Source: Pedobacter sp.
GTDB taxonomy: Bacteria > Bacteroidota > Bacteroidia > Sphingobacteriales > Sphingobacteriaceae
Assembly: GCA_031119475.1 (NCBI GenBank)
Contig: JAVHXV010000008.1
Coordinates: 83,244 to 147,243 of the forward strand
Length of the DNA stretch: 64,000 nt
Direction of reading: 5' to 3'
The notes under the pieces are model-generated. The model did not search any database and was not told where the DNA came from. It worked only from the letters and a program-made list of their open reading frames with translations. A program made the translations under genes and the position numbers. Shown one piece after another: positions 9,265-20,148 of the stretch (positions are counted from its first letter, which is position 1; each line of letters opens with the position of its first letter).

Positions 9265-11547
9265 ATGGCTTTTGATATTGAAATGATCAAAAAGGTGTAC
9301 GCAAACTTTAGTAGCCGTATAGAGGCAGCACGTAAAGTAGTGGGTAGACCTTTGACGCTTTCCGAAAAAATATTATATACTCACCTTTGGGATGGAAATG
9401 CGAATACGGCATTTATCCGCGGAACAGATTACGTAGACTTCGCACCAGATCGCGTGGCCATGCAGGATGCGACCGCCCAGATGGCACTTTTGCAATTTAT
9501 GCAAGCAGGAAGGCCACAGGTAGCTGTACCTTCAACTGTACATTGCGACCACCTGATTACGGCAAAGAGCGGCGCCAGTATCGATTTACCTCAAGCCAAT
9601 ACAGAAAGCAAGGAAGTTTTTGATTTCCTGGCTTCAGTCTCCAATAAATATGGGATAGGCTTCTGGAAACCTGGAGCAGGTATCATCCACCAGGTCGTGC
9701 TCGAAAACTATGCTTTCCCGGGCGGAATGATGATTGGTACCGATAGCCATACGGTAAATGCGGGAGGTTTGGGAATGATTGCCATTGGTGTTGGTGGAGC
9801 AGATGCCTGCGATGTGATGGCAGGATTACCTTGGGAGCTGAAATTCCCGAAATTGATCGGTGTTAAACTTACAGGTAAGCTCAATGGATGGACATCTGCC
9901 AAGGATGTCATCTTGAAGGTAGCTGGTATCCTTACCGTAAAAGGTGGAACGGGAGCAATCGTTGAATATTTTGGCGATGGTGCCATCAACCTCAGCTGTA
10001 CAGGTAAAGGCACGATCTGTAACATGGGTGCAGAAATTGGTGCTACCACTTCTACTTTTGGTTATGACGAAAGCATGGAGCGTTACCTACGTGCCACCAA
10101 TCGCGCCGATGTAGCCGATGCCGCCAATGCCATTAAGGAACATTTGACCGGAGATGCCGACGTCTATGCCAGCCCAGAAAAATATTTTGACCAATTGATC
10201 GAAATCAACCTTGATGAACTGGAACCTTATTTGAACGGTCCGTTTACACCAGATTTGGCCACACCGATCTCTCAGATGAAAAATGTGGCCGAAGCGAATG
10301 GATGGCCTTTAAAAGTAGAGTGGGGATTGATCGGTTCATGTACCAACTCTTCTTATGAAGATCTATCTCGGGCAGCATCCATTGCCCAGCAGGCCATCGA
10401 TAAAGGTTTGGCTACCAAAGCTGACTTTGGGATCAATCCAGGTTCAGAGCAGGTACGCTATACCGCAGATCGTGATGGACTACTGAATACCTTCGAAAAT
10501 CTGAACGCCACCATATTTACCAATGCCTGCGGACCATGCATCGGGATGTGGGACAGGGTCGGTGCCGAAAAACAAGAAAAAAATACCATTGTACATTCCT
10601 TCAACAGAAATTTTGCCAAGCGAGCCGATGGTAATCCAAATACCTATGCCTTTGTAACCTCTCCCGAAATTGTAGCAGCAATTGCGATTGCGGGTGACCT
10701 CGGGTTTAATCCACTGACCGATACCTTGACCAATGCGCAAGGTGAACAGGTAAAATTGGATCCGCCAAAAGGAGATGAACTACCCGTTAAAGGATATGCC
10801 GTAGAAGATGCAGGATTTCAGGCACCAGCTGCCGATGGTTCAAACGTGCAGGTCTTGGTTTCACCAACTTCACATCGCCTACAGTTGTTGGATCCATTTA
10901 CAGCATGGGAAGGTACAGATCTTAAAGGCTTAAAATTATTGATCAAGGCTAAAGGAAAATGTACAACAGATCATATTTCGATGGCTGGACCGTGGTTAAA
11001 ATTCCGCGGCCATTTGGACAACATTTCGAACAACATGTTGATCGGTGCGGTCAATTACTTTAACGACCAGACCGACAATGTCAAAAATGCGCTAACGGGA
11101 GCATATGGCCCTGTTCCAGCAACCCAACGCGACTACAAGGCCGCAGGATTGGGTTCTGTTGTAATCGGTGATGAAAATTATGGAGAAGGATCATCACGTG
11201 AACACGCCGCCATGGAACCTCGTCATTTGGGCGTACGTGCCGTATTGGTGAAATCTTTTGCCAGGATCCACGAAACCAACCTCAAAAAACAGGGCATGTT
11301 GGCCTTAACTTTTGCCAATAAGGAAGATTATGATAAGATCCGTGAAGACGATACACTCGATATCTTGGGCCTTACTACCTTCACGCCAAATGTTCCATTA
11401 GAAATGGTCTTGAACCATACAGACGGAACCAGCGAGACGATCGTAGTAAACCATAGCTACAATGCACAGCAGATCGAATGGTTCAAAGCCGGTGGTGCCC
11501 TCAATATCATCAGAAGAGAAGCCGCATTAAAAGCTGCCGGACTGTAG
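9265..11547 (+). CDS. acnA: Aconitate hydratase (mitochondrial-type)
   Basis: [28 protein letters not shown] (4Fe-4S Cys), GSSREHAA. Confidence 0.93.
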   Translation: MAFDIEMIKKVYANFSSRIEAARKVVGRPLTLSEKILYTHLWDGNANTAFIRGTDYVDFAPDRVAMQDATAQMALLQFMQAGRPQVAVPSTVHCDHLITAKSGASIDLPQANTESKEVFDFLASVSNKYGIGFWKPGAGIIHQVVLENYAFPGGMMIGTDSHTVNAGGLGMIAIGVGGADACDVMAGLPWELKFPKLIGVKLTGKLNGWTSAKDVILKVAGILTVKGGTGAIVEYFGDGAINLSCTGKGTICNMGAEIGATTSTFGYDESMERYLRATNRADVADAANAIKEHLTGDADVYASPEKYFDQLIEINLDELEPYLNGPFTPDLATPISQMKNVAEANGWPLKVEWGLIGSCTNSSYEDLSRAASIAQQAIDKGLATKADFGINPGSEQVRYTADRDGLLNTFENLNATIFTNACGPCIGMWDRVGAEKQEKNTIVHSFNRNFAKRADGNPNTYAFVTSPEIVAAIAIAGDLGFNPLTDTLTNAQGEQVKLDPPKGDELPVKGYAVEDAGFQAPAADGSNVQVLVSPTSHRLQLLDPFTAWEGTDLKGLKLLIKAKGKCTTDHISMAGPWLKFRGHLDNISNNMLIGAVNYFNDQTDNVKNALTGAYGPVPATQRDYKAAGLGSVVIGDENYGEGSSREHAAMEPRHLGVRAVLVKSFARIHETNLKKQGMLALTFANKEDYDKIREDDTLDILGLTTFTPNVPLEMVLNHTDGTSETIVVNHSYNAQQIEWFKAGGALNIIRREAALKAAGL

Positions 11548-11551
11548 TTCG

Positions 11552-11726
11552 AAGATCAAGGATAAAAGAACAAAGATCAAAGACAAAAGATCAAAGATTT
11601 GAGACTTGAGACTTGAGACTTTAAATCTAAAATAAACACAAAGAGCAAGGGTGATATTCTTGCTCTTTTTTTGTTCTTTGCACTTTTCGCTTTACTCTTT
11701 ACTCTTTACTCTTTACTCTTCACACT
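11552..11726. repeat. Degenerate heptamer repeats flanking a bidirectional terminator (about 11640-11672)
   Basis: (AAAGATC/GAGACTT)n, hairpin AAAGAGCAAG..CTTGCTCTTTT, (TTTACTC)n. Confidence 0.75.
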
Positions 11727-13067
11727 TTACGCTTGGCTCAAAAACCGTTTCCACCAATACCCAGATTCTTTAACGGTACGCTTTTGGGTCTTGAAATCGT
11801 TATGCACCAGCCCAAATTTCGCCTGGTAGCCTTCTGCCCATTCAAAATTGTCCATTAACGTCCACGCTAGGTAACCGGTAATGGGCAAACCTTCGTTCTT
11901 TGCGCGGAGCAGTGCAGAGAGGTAATCCTGGAAATAGGCTATTCTTTGCTGGTCATTGATTTTTTCATTTTCGAACTGATCGGCAAAGGCTGCACCGCCT
12001 TCCGTAATCATGATTTCCTTGATACCTGGATAGGCCGCAAACTGCTTGAGGATGTGGTAAAAGCTATCGGCATTGATTTCCCAGCCCATGCTGGTATATG
12101 GTTTTTTTCGGTATCGTGCCTTCACTTCCCAAGCTTGGATAATGGGGACGAAGGAGTTGAACTTCACCACCATGGGAAAATAATTTTGTAGTCCGATGAA
12201 ATCGAAATCGAATGTCATGCGCTCTTGATATCGCCAAGTGGATCTCCCAATGATGAATTTCTCCAATACATCCCAATCCGCATCGGGAAAGCCCATCCCC
12301 AAAGTGGGCTCAATAAACAATCGGTTCATCAGGCAGTCCATCCGCCTTGCAGCAATAAGATCAGCTTCCTGTTGGGTATACGGAATAATTTCTGAACAGG
12401 AAAAAGTAGTACCAATGTGCGCACTGGCGACCTCAGCCCGCAAGATCCTGCCCCCATCTGCCTGGGCAATGGCAACGTGCAGTACTGACGATAAAAAATT
12501 GGATAGCCCGGTCTGTCCAGGAGCGTGGATGCCAAGCATGTAGCCCAGTGAAGTAAAGCCCAAAGGTTCGTTGAGCACGATCCAATTCTTGACCTTATCG
12601 CCATACGTTTTCGCGCAGAGCAAAACAAACTCATTAAAATCGGCATTGATGGAGAAGGCTGTCCATCCCCCTTCTTTTGATAATTTTTCGGGTAGATCCC
12701 AATGGTAAAGCGTAACATAGGGCATTAAGCCCTGCAATAGGCATTCATCGATCACCTGATGATAAAAAGCAATGCCTTCTGGATTGACTTGCCCCCGGCC
12801 ATTGGGCAATAACCTCGACCAGGAAATCGAAAACCTGAAAACCTTAAATCCAAGCAACTTAACCAAAGCGATATCTTCTTTGAACCTGTGGTAGAAATCG
12901 CAGGCTAAGGTTGGCCGATGGCCTTTTTTGATCTTGCCCGATCTTTGGGAGAAGGTATCCCAAATGGATGGTCCTCTACCATAGCTTTCGGCAGCGCCTT
13001 CTATTTGGGCGGCTGCGGTGGCCACTCCCCACAAAAATTCTTTTCCGAAATCTTTTGAGCTGATCAT
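11727..13067 (-). CDS. GH1 beta-glucosidase
   Basis: WGVATAAAQIEGA, FRFSISWSR, LYHWDLP, LNEP acid/base, ITEGG nucleophile, DNFEWAEGY. Confidence 0.93.
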   Translation of the reverse strand: MISSKDFGKEFLWGVATAAAQIEGAAESYGRGPSIWDTFSQRSGKIKKGHRPTLACDFYHRFKEDIALVKLLGFKVFRFSISWSRLLPNGRGQVNPEGIAFYHQVIDECLLQGLMPYVTLYHWDLPEKLSKEGGWTAFSINADFNEFVLLCAKTYGDKVKNWIVLNEPLGFTSLGYMLGIHAPGQTGLSNFLSSVLHVAIAQADGGRILRAEVASAHIGTTFSCSEIIPYTQQEADLIAARRMDCLMNRLFIEPTLGMGFPDADWDVLEKFIIGRSTWRYQERMTFDFDFIGLQNYFPMVVKFNSFVPIIQAWEVKARYRKKPYTSMGWEINADSFYHILKQFAAYPGIKEIMITEGGAAFADQFENEKINDQQRIAYFQDYLSALLRAKNEGLPITGYLAWTLMDNFEWAEGYQAKFGLVHNDFKTQKRTVKESGYWWKRFLSQA

Positions 13068-13146
13068 CTATCAATGGCAAAATAATAAGCTAAAAAACAA
13101 CCCCGTGTTAAATTAAGGTTAACAATAAAGGACCACAACCTTTCGG

Positions 13147-13566
13147 CTAGGTAAATTCATGGCCGCAATCATAGCAATGATAGCATTTGTTGGTCTTAAA
13201 GGGATATATAAAAAACAGGAGCGATAACAAGGTCACCCACCAGCTGAAACGTTTTTTGGTGGCCTGTCCCAGTCCCACATTTGTGGAACCGCACTTTTCA
13301 CAAATTACCTGTTCAGTTGTTTGGGCATTTTCAGAGTCGGGCAGGGCAAGATTTTCTTCGGCCAACAATTGATCGATCCTTTCAATGTCCTTTTCGAAGA
13401 CATTGAGCTTTACACCGCCAATGGCCTGATTGTACATGGGCTGGATGGTAGCAACGTTTTCGTCGGTCAGGAAACAAGGGATATCGCTATCATCGAGCCT
13501 CGCCTTAATAATGTTGGCCTCGATCGGATTGTAATAGCTGCTGTAAACCACAATTTTATCTTCCAT
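13147..13566 (-). CDS. DUF2007 domain protein with zinc ribbon
   Basis: 'EANIIKARLDDSDIPCF..GGVKL' plus CEKC and CYDC around a hydrophobic stretch. Confidence 0.8.
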   Translation of the reverse strand: MEDKIVVYSSYYNPIEANIIKARLDDSDIPCFLTDENVATIQPMYNQAIGGVKLNVFEKDIERIDQLLAEENLALPDSENAQTTEQVICEKCGSTNVGLGQATKKRFSWWVTLLSLLFFIYPFKTNKCYHCYDCGHEFT

Positions 13567-13646
13567 AACAGAAATTTAATCAAACTTAGCTATTTATTAC
13601 AAAAGCTGCATCTTTTGGTTAATTTTAGCTATCAAAACTTAAGCAG

Positions 13647-14120
13647 TTGAAAATTACATTAATCGCCGTTGGCAAGACCGAAGATCACTATTTAATTGAG
13701 GGGATAAACAAATATCTCAACCGGTTAAAGCATTACATCAATTTCAATATCGTGATCATCCCCGATCTTAAAAACACGAAAAGCCTGAGCGAACCGCAGC
13801 AGAAAAGCAAAGAAGCAGAACTGATCAGCAAACAGATCAATCATTCAGATGTTGTCGTACTGTTGGACGAAAAAGGGAAAAAATATAATTCAGTTGCTTT
13901 CTCCGCTTATCTGAACAAGCAGATGATCGGGAGTGTACAGCACCTTATTTTTGTCATTGGCGGCCCTTATGGTTTTGACGAAAGCATCTACAAAAGGGCA
14001 AATGGAAGTGTTTCATTATCTGACATGACCTTTTCGCACCAGATGGTCCGCCTATTTTTTATAGAGCAGCTTTATCGGGCATTTACCATTCTCAAAAATG
14101 AACCTTACCATCATGAATGA
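13647..14120 (+). CDS. rlmH: 23S rRNA pseudouridine-1915 N3-methyltransferase
   Basis: SPOUT motifs FVIGGPYG, SLSDMTFSHQMVR, EQLYRA, PYHHE; TTG start. Confidence 0.95.
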   Translation: MKITLIAVGKTEDHYLIEGINKYLNRLKHYINFNIVIIPDLKNTKSLSEPQQKSKEAELISKQINHSDVVVLLDEKGKKYNSVAFSAYLNKQMIGSVQHLIFVIGGPYGFDESIYKRANGSVSLSDMTFSHQMVRLFFIEQLYRAFTILKNEPYHHE

Positions 14121-14250
14121 GTTGGTTGGTTGTTTAGTTGTTTAGTTGTTGGTTGTTTAGTTGTAGACAGTTAACCAATTAACCAGTTAAACAATTAACC
14201 AGTTAAACAATTAACCAAATAAACAGTTAACCAAATAAACAGTTAACCAT
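14121..14250. repeat. Octamer repeat arrays in inverted orientation
   Basis: (TTGTTTAG)n followed by complementary (AACCAGTT/AAACAATT)n. Confidence 0.8.
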
Positions 14251-14296
14251 TTATGGAATTCAGCACCAAAACACATCATTAATAAAAGGAGGCACT

Positions 14297-14428
14297 ATGA
14301 AAACCCCAGGCGATTACAAAAGAAACTATCATTTTAAATCTGATACCTCGAAAGAGAAACGTTACTTCAATATATCCATCATTGTTTCCATCATTATCCT
14401 GATCGTTGTCTGGCTATTGATCAATTGA
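14297..14428 (+). CDS. 43-aa small membrane protein, not in the ORF track
   Basis: MKTPGDYKRNYHFKSDTSKEKRYFNISIIVSIIILIVVWLLIN; AAAGGAGG just upstream; C-terminal TM helix. Confidence 0.6.
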   Translation: MKTPGDYKRNYHFKSDTSKEKRYFNISIIVSIIILIVVWLLIN

Positions 14429-14570
14429 CATACATTGGAACGTTTTCACCTAACGAAAAACACCGACCATTTCTGATCGGTGCCGACAGGGCAAGATAAA
14501 CCCTTAGTATTTTCGCCAAACGCCATGCGCCATGATCGTCCGCCATGCGCCGCGCGCTTTGCACGTTCCC

Positions 14571-15113
14571 TTACACCCCTTTCTTACTGGTCATGTTTGC
14601 CTTTTTGGCTGGCGCAGAAGATTTAGCCGTAGGTGCTTTTGCATTTGCAGGTTTCGCCTTCGGCGTAGCTTTTGGCTTAGTTTCCAACTTTTCTTCTACT
14701 TTTTGGCTTTCTGTTTCGGTACCTGGTGCAGCCTCGGTAAACAGCGGCAAATCTTTAAGGATGTGGAACCAGGAAAGGATTTTCTTGATGTCAGATACAT
14801 ACACCTTTTCTTGGTCGTGGCCAGGAGCTACATCCAAAAAGAACTGTTTCAAGGCCTGGTTATCTGCTTTCGCATCGGGCACATTGCCCTTTGCCGATCC
14901 GATCTGAGCCAGTACATCGGTTAGTTTAAGCTCTTCGTCTTCGCCATAGATGGTAATGTCTTCCAATGAAGCCAGTTTTGTGGTCGCAATATTCGCGACG
15001 ATCTTCAATTTTTGCGCATCTAGGCTTTCCAAAATATAGCCTGCTTTGTTTTGTCCAATAAGCTTAAACAATCCTGGTCTGCCAGATACGGCTACTATTC
15101 CTCTTAAATTCAT
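14571..15113 (-). CDS. DUF5606 family protein
   Basis: MNLRGIVAVSGRPGLF start, LEDITIY, VYVSDIKKILSW; Lys/Ala-rich tail. Confidence 0.8.
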   Translation of the reverse strand: MNLRGIVAVSGRPGLFKLIGQNKAGYILESLDAQKLKIVANIATTKLASLEDITIYGEDEELKLTDVLAQIGSAKGNVPDAKADNQALKQFFLDVAPGHDQEKVYVSDIKKILSWFHILKDLPLFTEAAPGTETESQKVEEKLETKPKATPKAKPANAKAPTAKSSAPAKKANMTSKKGV

Positions 15114-15176
15114 ATATTTTATATTAAGCGCAGGGCGATGGGCGCAAAGCGTACATGACGCCAAACGCTATTCGCT

Positions 15177-15641
15177 TTATGCATTGTCTTCTAAAACTTC
15201 GATACCAAGAATTTTATCGCCTTGCCTAATGTCATCTACAATATCTACATTTTCGATCACCTTACCAAAACAAGTATGGTTGCGGTCTAAATGTGCGGTA
15301 TTGTCTCTGCTATGGCAGATAAAAAATTGGGATCCTCCTGTATTGCGTCCGGCATGTGCCATTGACAGCACACCCCTATCATGAAATTGGTTGCCACCAT
15401 TCAGTTCGCAGTCAATTTTATAGCCAGGGCCACCGGTTCCGGGCATTCCTGTAGCGCCGTCTTTTGAATTTGGGCAACCGCCCTGTACCACAAAGTTCGG
15501 GATGACGCGATGGAAGCTGATCCCATCATAAAAACCTTCATTGGCTAACTTCTTAAAATTGGCAACAGTATTCGGGGCATCCTGATCGTAGAATTCTACC
15601 GTCATGTTGCCTTTTTCAGTTTTTATTATCGCTTTACTCAT
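15177..15641 (-). CDS. Cyclophilin-type peptidyl-prolyl isomerase
   Basis: FHRVIPNFVVQGG, LSMAHAG, GSQFFI, HLD..HTCFG. Confidence 0.95.
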   Translation of the reverse strand: MSKAIIKTEKGNMTVEFYDQDAPNTVANFKKLANEGFYDGISFHRVIPNFVVQGGCPNSKDGATGMPGTGGPGYKIDCELNGGNQFHDRGVLSMAHAGRNTGGSQFFICHSRDNTAHLDRNHTCFGKVIENVDIVDDIRQGDKILGIEVLEDNA

Positions 15642-15775
15642 GTTCTTGATTTTGGTGAGGCCAAATTTAACAATTTACCACTACTCTGCCTAAGAATTTC
15701 GGGACTATATCAAATTCCTGATTTCAGCGTTATGAGATATATTTTAAATTGGCACCCAAAAAATATACATTAGTG

Positions 15776-15996
15776 GAGCGATTAGCGTTTGGCGAAGGGC
15801 ATTTAGCGTAGGGCATATAGCGATTAGCATTTAGGCGTGGATTATGATAGGAAATTTTGCTTATCAACCATAGACCATTAACTATGGACTATAAACTATA
15901 AACTCCCAGCTATGAACCAACAGCTATAAACTACCAACTATGAACTACCAACTATAAACTACCAGCTATGAACTAGTAGTTATGGACTATCGACCA
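15776..15996. repeat. Two degenerate heptamer arrays
   Basis: (TAGCGTT/GGGCATT)n then (AACTATA/AACTACC/AGCTATG)n. Confidence 0.8.
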
Positions 15997-16002
15997 AAAC
16001 AC

Positions 16003-17265
16003 ATGGACCTTAAAAAATATTTTTTGTTGTTTATCCTGGTTTCCGCTACGGTAGTGGCCAGGGCTTCATCTATCCTGATCTTTATGGACGAAGGGCAAAA
16101 AAATCATTTGAAAGCCTATGGCATCGCTTATTGGAGCATCAAACAACAAGCAGAGGTAGACTGGCTGTTGAACTACCGTGGAGGAAGCTTCCTGATCAGA
16201 TACCAAAAAAATGTTGAAGATGAATGCAAGATCAGAGGGGTTTCCTATGAGATCGTGGCCGATGGAAAAGTAAGCGCCATGCTCAACGAAATCAGCAATC
16301 CAGATGTGAACATGGAAATGGTCAAACTGGAAAAAACACCAAAAATTGCTGTCTACTCACCTAAAAGTAAGCTCCCATGGGATGATGCGGTAACCTTGGT
16401 ACTCACCTATGCTGAAATTCCCTACGACATCATTTACGACGATGAGGTGCTCAAAGATAAACTGGCCAACTACGATTGGCTCCATCTCCATCATGAAGAT
16501 TTTACAGGTCAATACGGCAGGTTTTGGGCCTCTTTCAGGAATACGACCTGGTACCGTGAAGATGTGAAATATCAGGAAGACGCAGCCAAAAGGAACGGCT
16601 TCAAAAAAGTCTCTGAAATGAAATTGGCCGTTGCCAAGCGGATCAAGGAGTTTTGTGCAGGTGGCGGCTTTTTATTTGCCATGTGTTCCGGAACAGATAG
16701 TTTCGACATTGCCCTAGCGGCTGATGGCATTGATATTGCCGAAAGCATGTTTGATGGAGATGGTACCGACGCCAATGCACAGGCTAAGTTAAACTTCAAC
16801 AATACGGTGGCCTTCAAGGATTTTAAGCTGGACATGAACCCCGAACGTTATGAATTTTCGGACATAGATGTAACCCTCACCCGAAATTTCAATGCCTCAA
16901 ACGACTACTTTACACTTTTTGATTTTTCTGCCAAGTGGGATCTGGTGCCGACCATGCTCACCCAAGATCATGATCGGGTAATCAAAGGTTTTATGGGACA
17001 GACTACAGCCTTTAAGAAAAGCCTCATTAAACCCAGTGTAACCATCCTCGGAGAAAATAAGGGGGGAAATGAAGTGCGCTACCTCCATGGTGAGATCGGA
17101 AAAGGCCAGTTTACATTCTATGGCGGCCATGACCCAGAAGATTATCAGCACCAGGTCAATGATCCACCGACCGACCTGAGCCTGCATCCGAACTCTGCTG
17201 GCTATCGCCTTATCTTAAACAACGTATTATTTCCAGCCGCTAAAAAGAAACCGCAGAAGACTTAA
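16003..17265 (+). CDS. Conserved Bacteroidota exported protein with class-I glutamine-amidotransferase-like fold (often labelled 'asparagine synthetase B')
   Basis: Signal peptide; HLKAYG, PWDDAV, HHEDFTGQ, GGFLFAMCSG, GGHDPED. Confidence 0.7.
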   Translation: MDLKKYFLLFILVSATVVARASSILIFMDEGQKNHLKAYGIAYWSIKQQAEVDWLLNYRGGSFLIRYQKNVEDECKIRGVSYEIVADGKVSAMLNEISNPDVNMEMVKLEKTPKIAVYSPKSKLPWDDAVTLVLTYAEIPYDIIYDDEVLKDKLANYDWLHLHHEDFTGQYGRFWASFRNTTWYREDVKYQEDAAKRNGFKKVSEMKLAVAKRIKEFCAGGGFLFAMCSGTDSFDIALAADGIDIAESMFDGDGTDANAQAKLNFNNTVAFKDFKLDMNPERYEFSDIDVTLTRNFNASNDYFTLFDFSAKWDLVPTMLTQDHDRVIKGFMGQTTAFKKSLIKPSVTILGENKGGNEVRYLHGEIGKGQFTFYGGHDPEDYQHQVNDPPTDLSLHPNSAGYRLILNNVLFPAAKKKPQKT

Positions 17266-17329
17266 GGTTAGGCGCATGGCGTTTGGGGCACAGCGACAAG
17301 TTCATACGCCTATCGCTTACCGCCTATCG

Positions 17330-19333
17330 CTAGTCATAGAAATTCCAGCTTACTCCAAATTTAAGCATGCGGTCTGGCATGGGATATCGGTTAACGGTAT
17401 AATAGCCATTACTGAACAGTCCCTGGTTGGCATAGTCGTATTTGAGGAATAGATTGGCTCTTCTCAATCCGGCCTTCACCCAAACATCTACCACAGGCTT
17501 AGATCCCAATTTTACTACCGCACCATTGTAAAACTGGCTCACTGCAGGCGCATAAGAAAGTGCATTGTAAGTAGAATTGTAGCGTACATCGATCCCGATC
17601 TGCGTTTTAAGCGCCTTGAAAAAAGTCTGTTCCTTGTACAGGCTATTGAAAGTATAGAAAACCGGGGTCCTCAACACCGCTGCATAGTCTGTCTTCTGGT
17701 ACACTACATAACTATCCAAATGGAATGATCTATAGGTAAATCGTTTTCCCAAGCTTAACTTGAGCAAACTAATGGCGCTGTTTTCCTGAGTGGGGACCAC
17801 ATTGCTCCTGACCAGGGTATCTCCAGCAAAATAGAGGTAATTGGTAATCAGGTAATAATTGGCCGATGCATCGATATTAAACTTATCGTTCAGGTAGTTG
17901 AAAGCCAGGTTAACAGTTTTGGTACGGTCAAATGTGTCCGAGGTCCAATGGTGGTGGTTGCCATAGTAGCGGTTAAAAATCTCTTCCGGCGATTTGTTCT
18001 GTACATAAGCCCCCAAGACAATACGGCCCGCAGCATTGCTCAACAGCAAATTACTCTTGGCTTCGTATAGAAAGTCGCCTGCATTTTCGCCCTGCAGGAT
18101 CTGCTGAACATCAAGATTAAAATCTACCCGATTGCTAAAGCGGTAGCCCAGCGAACCTAAAATGGTTACGTTTTGGAATGCCGTTCGGTACCGATAAAAA
18201 TCTGTCGAATCCCGATATTTGCCCACTTGTAGATATTTGTAGAAGTCGTGCCTGATGCCGGCATTGATCTTGAGCTCATTCTTAAAGAAAGAATTGCCTT
18301 TGGCGCGCAGGAAAAAGCTGTACACGAACTCGTTCATCACGTGCTTTACATTCGTCGAATCGTTGGTAAAAACAGAATCAACTGCATCCTTTGGTAAAAC
18401 AAGGTAGGTATCTATTTCATCTTTCTTAAAAGAATAAGAATTGTTATCGTAAACTAAAGTATGGGTGATCTTATTGGTCGGTAAAACGCTCTGCGAAATC
18501 AGGTAATTGGCACTATCAATTCTGCCCACAAAATAACTTTGTTTTAACATTACGGTATTTTTCCGCCACAATTGCCTGGCCGATGACAAACGTACCGATT
18601 CGGCCTTTTTATCGACCAAGGTCTGGCTACTGTCCTCGAAAAGATCTTCCTTGAGCACAGATCCATTTTCTTGGGCCTTGAGCGTATTGAAAATGGCATC
18701 GACCCAAAGGTTATACCGTTTATTGGGCGATTGGTACCAAGTAAAAAACGCACCATTGAGGTCGTCGCCCCGCTGATGGGTATAATCTCCATTTGAGCCT
18801 ATCCGATTGAAATTGGCTCCGATATTCCAGTTTCTTTTTACGTTTTGGGTATGGATGATCTTGAGCACCTGTTCCTTATCTCCACCACTCACATAATATA
18901 GGCTGGTAAATGGCGTCCTTGCCCGATAGAATTTGATATCATCATGGTCGAGCGCATAGAGATCCAGCGAATGGAAACCTACGTCGAAACCAATGGTCTT
19001 TACGGGTTCGAACAACAATGGACGGGACGGCAGACCCAATACCCCTGTACTGATCCTTGGATTTTTGGGCTGCACCAACAGACTGAAATTTTGGATCCCC
19101 GTTAGTCCCGTATCGATGGGAATTGTCTGGATACTGTCCTTGGTTAAGCGATAAGTGGTGTAACGAATGTATTTGGAATTAAAAACGACTGAATCCTGTG
19201 CATTTTCTGCCTTATTTCTCAGCGAATCAAGTTCCTTATTATTGGTAACATTTGTTTTGAGGTCTTGCGCAAAACCATTTACCGAACTGAGCGCAAGGCT
19301 GCAAAAAAGAAGGGACAAAAGGAGTTTACGCAT
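17330..19333 (-). CDS. Putative porin (Porin_10-like beta-barrel)
   Basis: Signal peptide, beta-strand alternation, C-terminal 'FGVSWNFYD'. Confidence 0.8.
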   Translation of the reverse strand: MRKLLLSLLFCSLALSSVNGFAQDLKTNVTNNKELDSLRNKAENAQDSVVFNSKYIRYTTYRLTKDSIQTIPIDTGLTGIQNFSLLVQPKNPRISTGVLGLPSRPLLFEPVKTIGFDVGFHSLDLYALDHDDIKFYRARTPFTSLYYVSGGDKEQVLKIIHTQNVKRNWNIGANFNRIGSNGDYTHQRGDDLNGAFFTWYQSPNKRYNLWVDAIFNTLKAQENGSVLKEDLFEDSSQTLVDKKAESVRLSSARQLWRKNTVMLKQSYFVGRIDSANYLISQSVLPTNKITHTLVYDNNSYSFKKDEIDTYLVLPKDAVDSVFTNDSTNVKHVMNEFVYSFFLRAKGNSFFKNELKINAGIRHDFYKYLQVGKYRDSTDFYRYRTAFQNVTILGSLGYRFSNRVDFNLDVQQILQGENAGDFLYEAKSNLLLSNAAGRIVLGAYVQNKSPEEIFNRYYGNHHHWTSDTFDRTKTVNLAFNYLNDKFNIDASANYYLITNYLYFAGDTLVRSNVVPTQENSAISLLKLSLGKRFTYRSFHLDSYVVYQKTDYAAVLRTPVFYTFNSLYKEQTFFKALKTQIGIDVRYNSTYNALSYAPAVSQFYNGAVVKLGSKPVVDVWVKAGLRRANLFLKYDYANQGLFSNGYYTVNRYPMPDRMLKFGVSWNFYD

Positions 19334-20148
19334 TATAGTGTAGAAATAAGCTCGCTTAAAATAGTTGTCATTTTTGGTTCGGCAGCCGTAGCTGTGGCAA
19401 TAATCTCTTCCAGGCTCACCGGCTGCAGCTCTTCGGAAAATCCCTCATCGGTCAATACCGAAATGGCAAAAACTGGTAATCCGGCATGGTTGGCCACAAT
19501 TACCTCGGGCACTGTACTCATTCCCACCGCATCGCCTCCAATAATCCGAAGGTATTTATATTCTGCCCTGGTCTCCAAATTCGGGCCCGTAACGGCTACA
19601 TAAACTCCCTGGTGGCAATTGATCCCTTTATCTTTGGCAATCGACATGGCTTTTTGGAGCAGTTCGCGATGATAAGGCTGGCTCATATCCGGAAACCTAG
19701 GCCCCAGGTCAGAATCGTTGATTCCACGAAGTGGACTTTCAGGCTGCAGGTTGATGTGGTCATTGATGATCATCAGGTCGCCCTTTTTAAACGCTGGATT
19801 TAAGGAACCTGCCGCATTGGAGACAAATAAATAGTCGATGCCCAAAGCTTTCAATACCCTGATGGGAAATGTAATCTGTTGCATCGAATATCCTTCATAG
19901 TAATGCAGGCGGCCCTGCATGGCCACTACCTTTTTACCTTTGAGGTGGCCAAAAATCAATTTCCCCGAGTGGAATTCCAAGGTAGAAATCGGAAAATTCG
20001 GGATACTGGCATACATGATGCTGTGTACGATCTCAATATCGTTGACCAAGCCGCCCAGCCCTGTACCCAATACGATCCCGATTTCTGGCTCAAAACCGTT
20101 CAACTTTCTCTTCAGGTATTCAACCGACTCTTTTAGCGCTTGCAACAT
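19333..20148 (-). CDS. punA: Purine-nucleoside phosphorylase (trimeric type)
   Basis: LGTGLG, QGRLHYYEG, SNAAG, GPNLET, VGMSTVPE. Confidence 0.92.
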   Translation of the reverse strand: MLQALKESVEYLKRKLNGFEPEIGIVLGTGLGGLVNDIEIVHSIMYASIPNFPISTLEFHSGKLIFGHLKGKKVVAMQGRLHYYEGYSMQQITFPIRVLKALGIDYLFVSNAAGSLNPAFKKGDLMIINDHINLQPESPLRGINDSDLGPRFPDMSQPYHRELLQKAMSIAKDKGINCHQGVYVAVTGPNLETRAEYKYLRIIGGDAVGMSTVPEVIVANHAGLPVFAISVLTDEGFSEELQPVSLEEIIATATAAEPKMTTILSELISTL

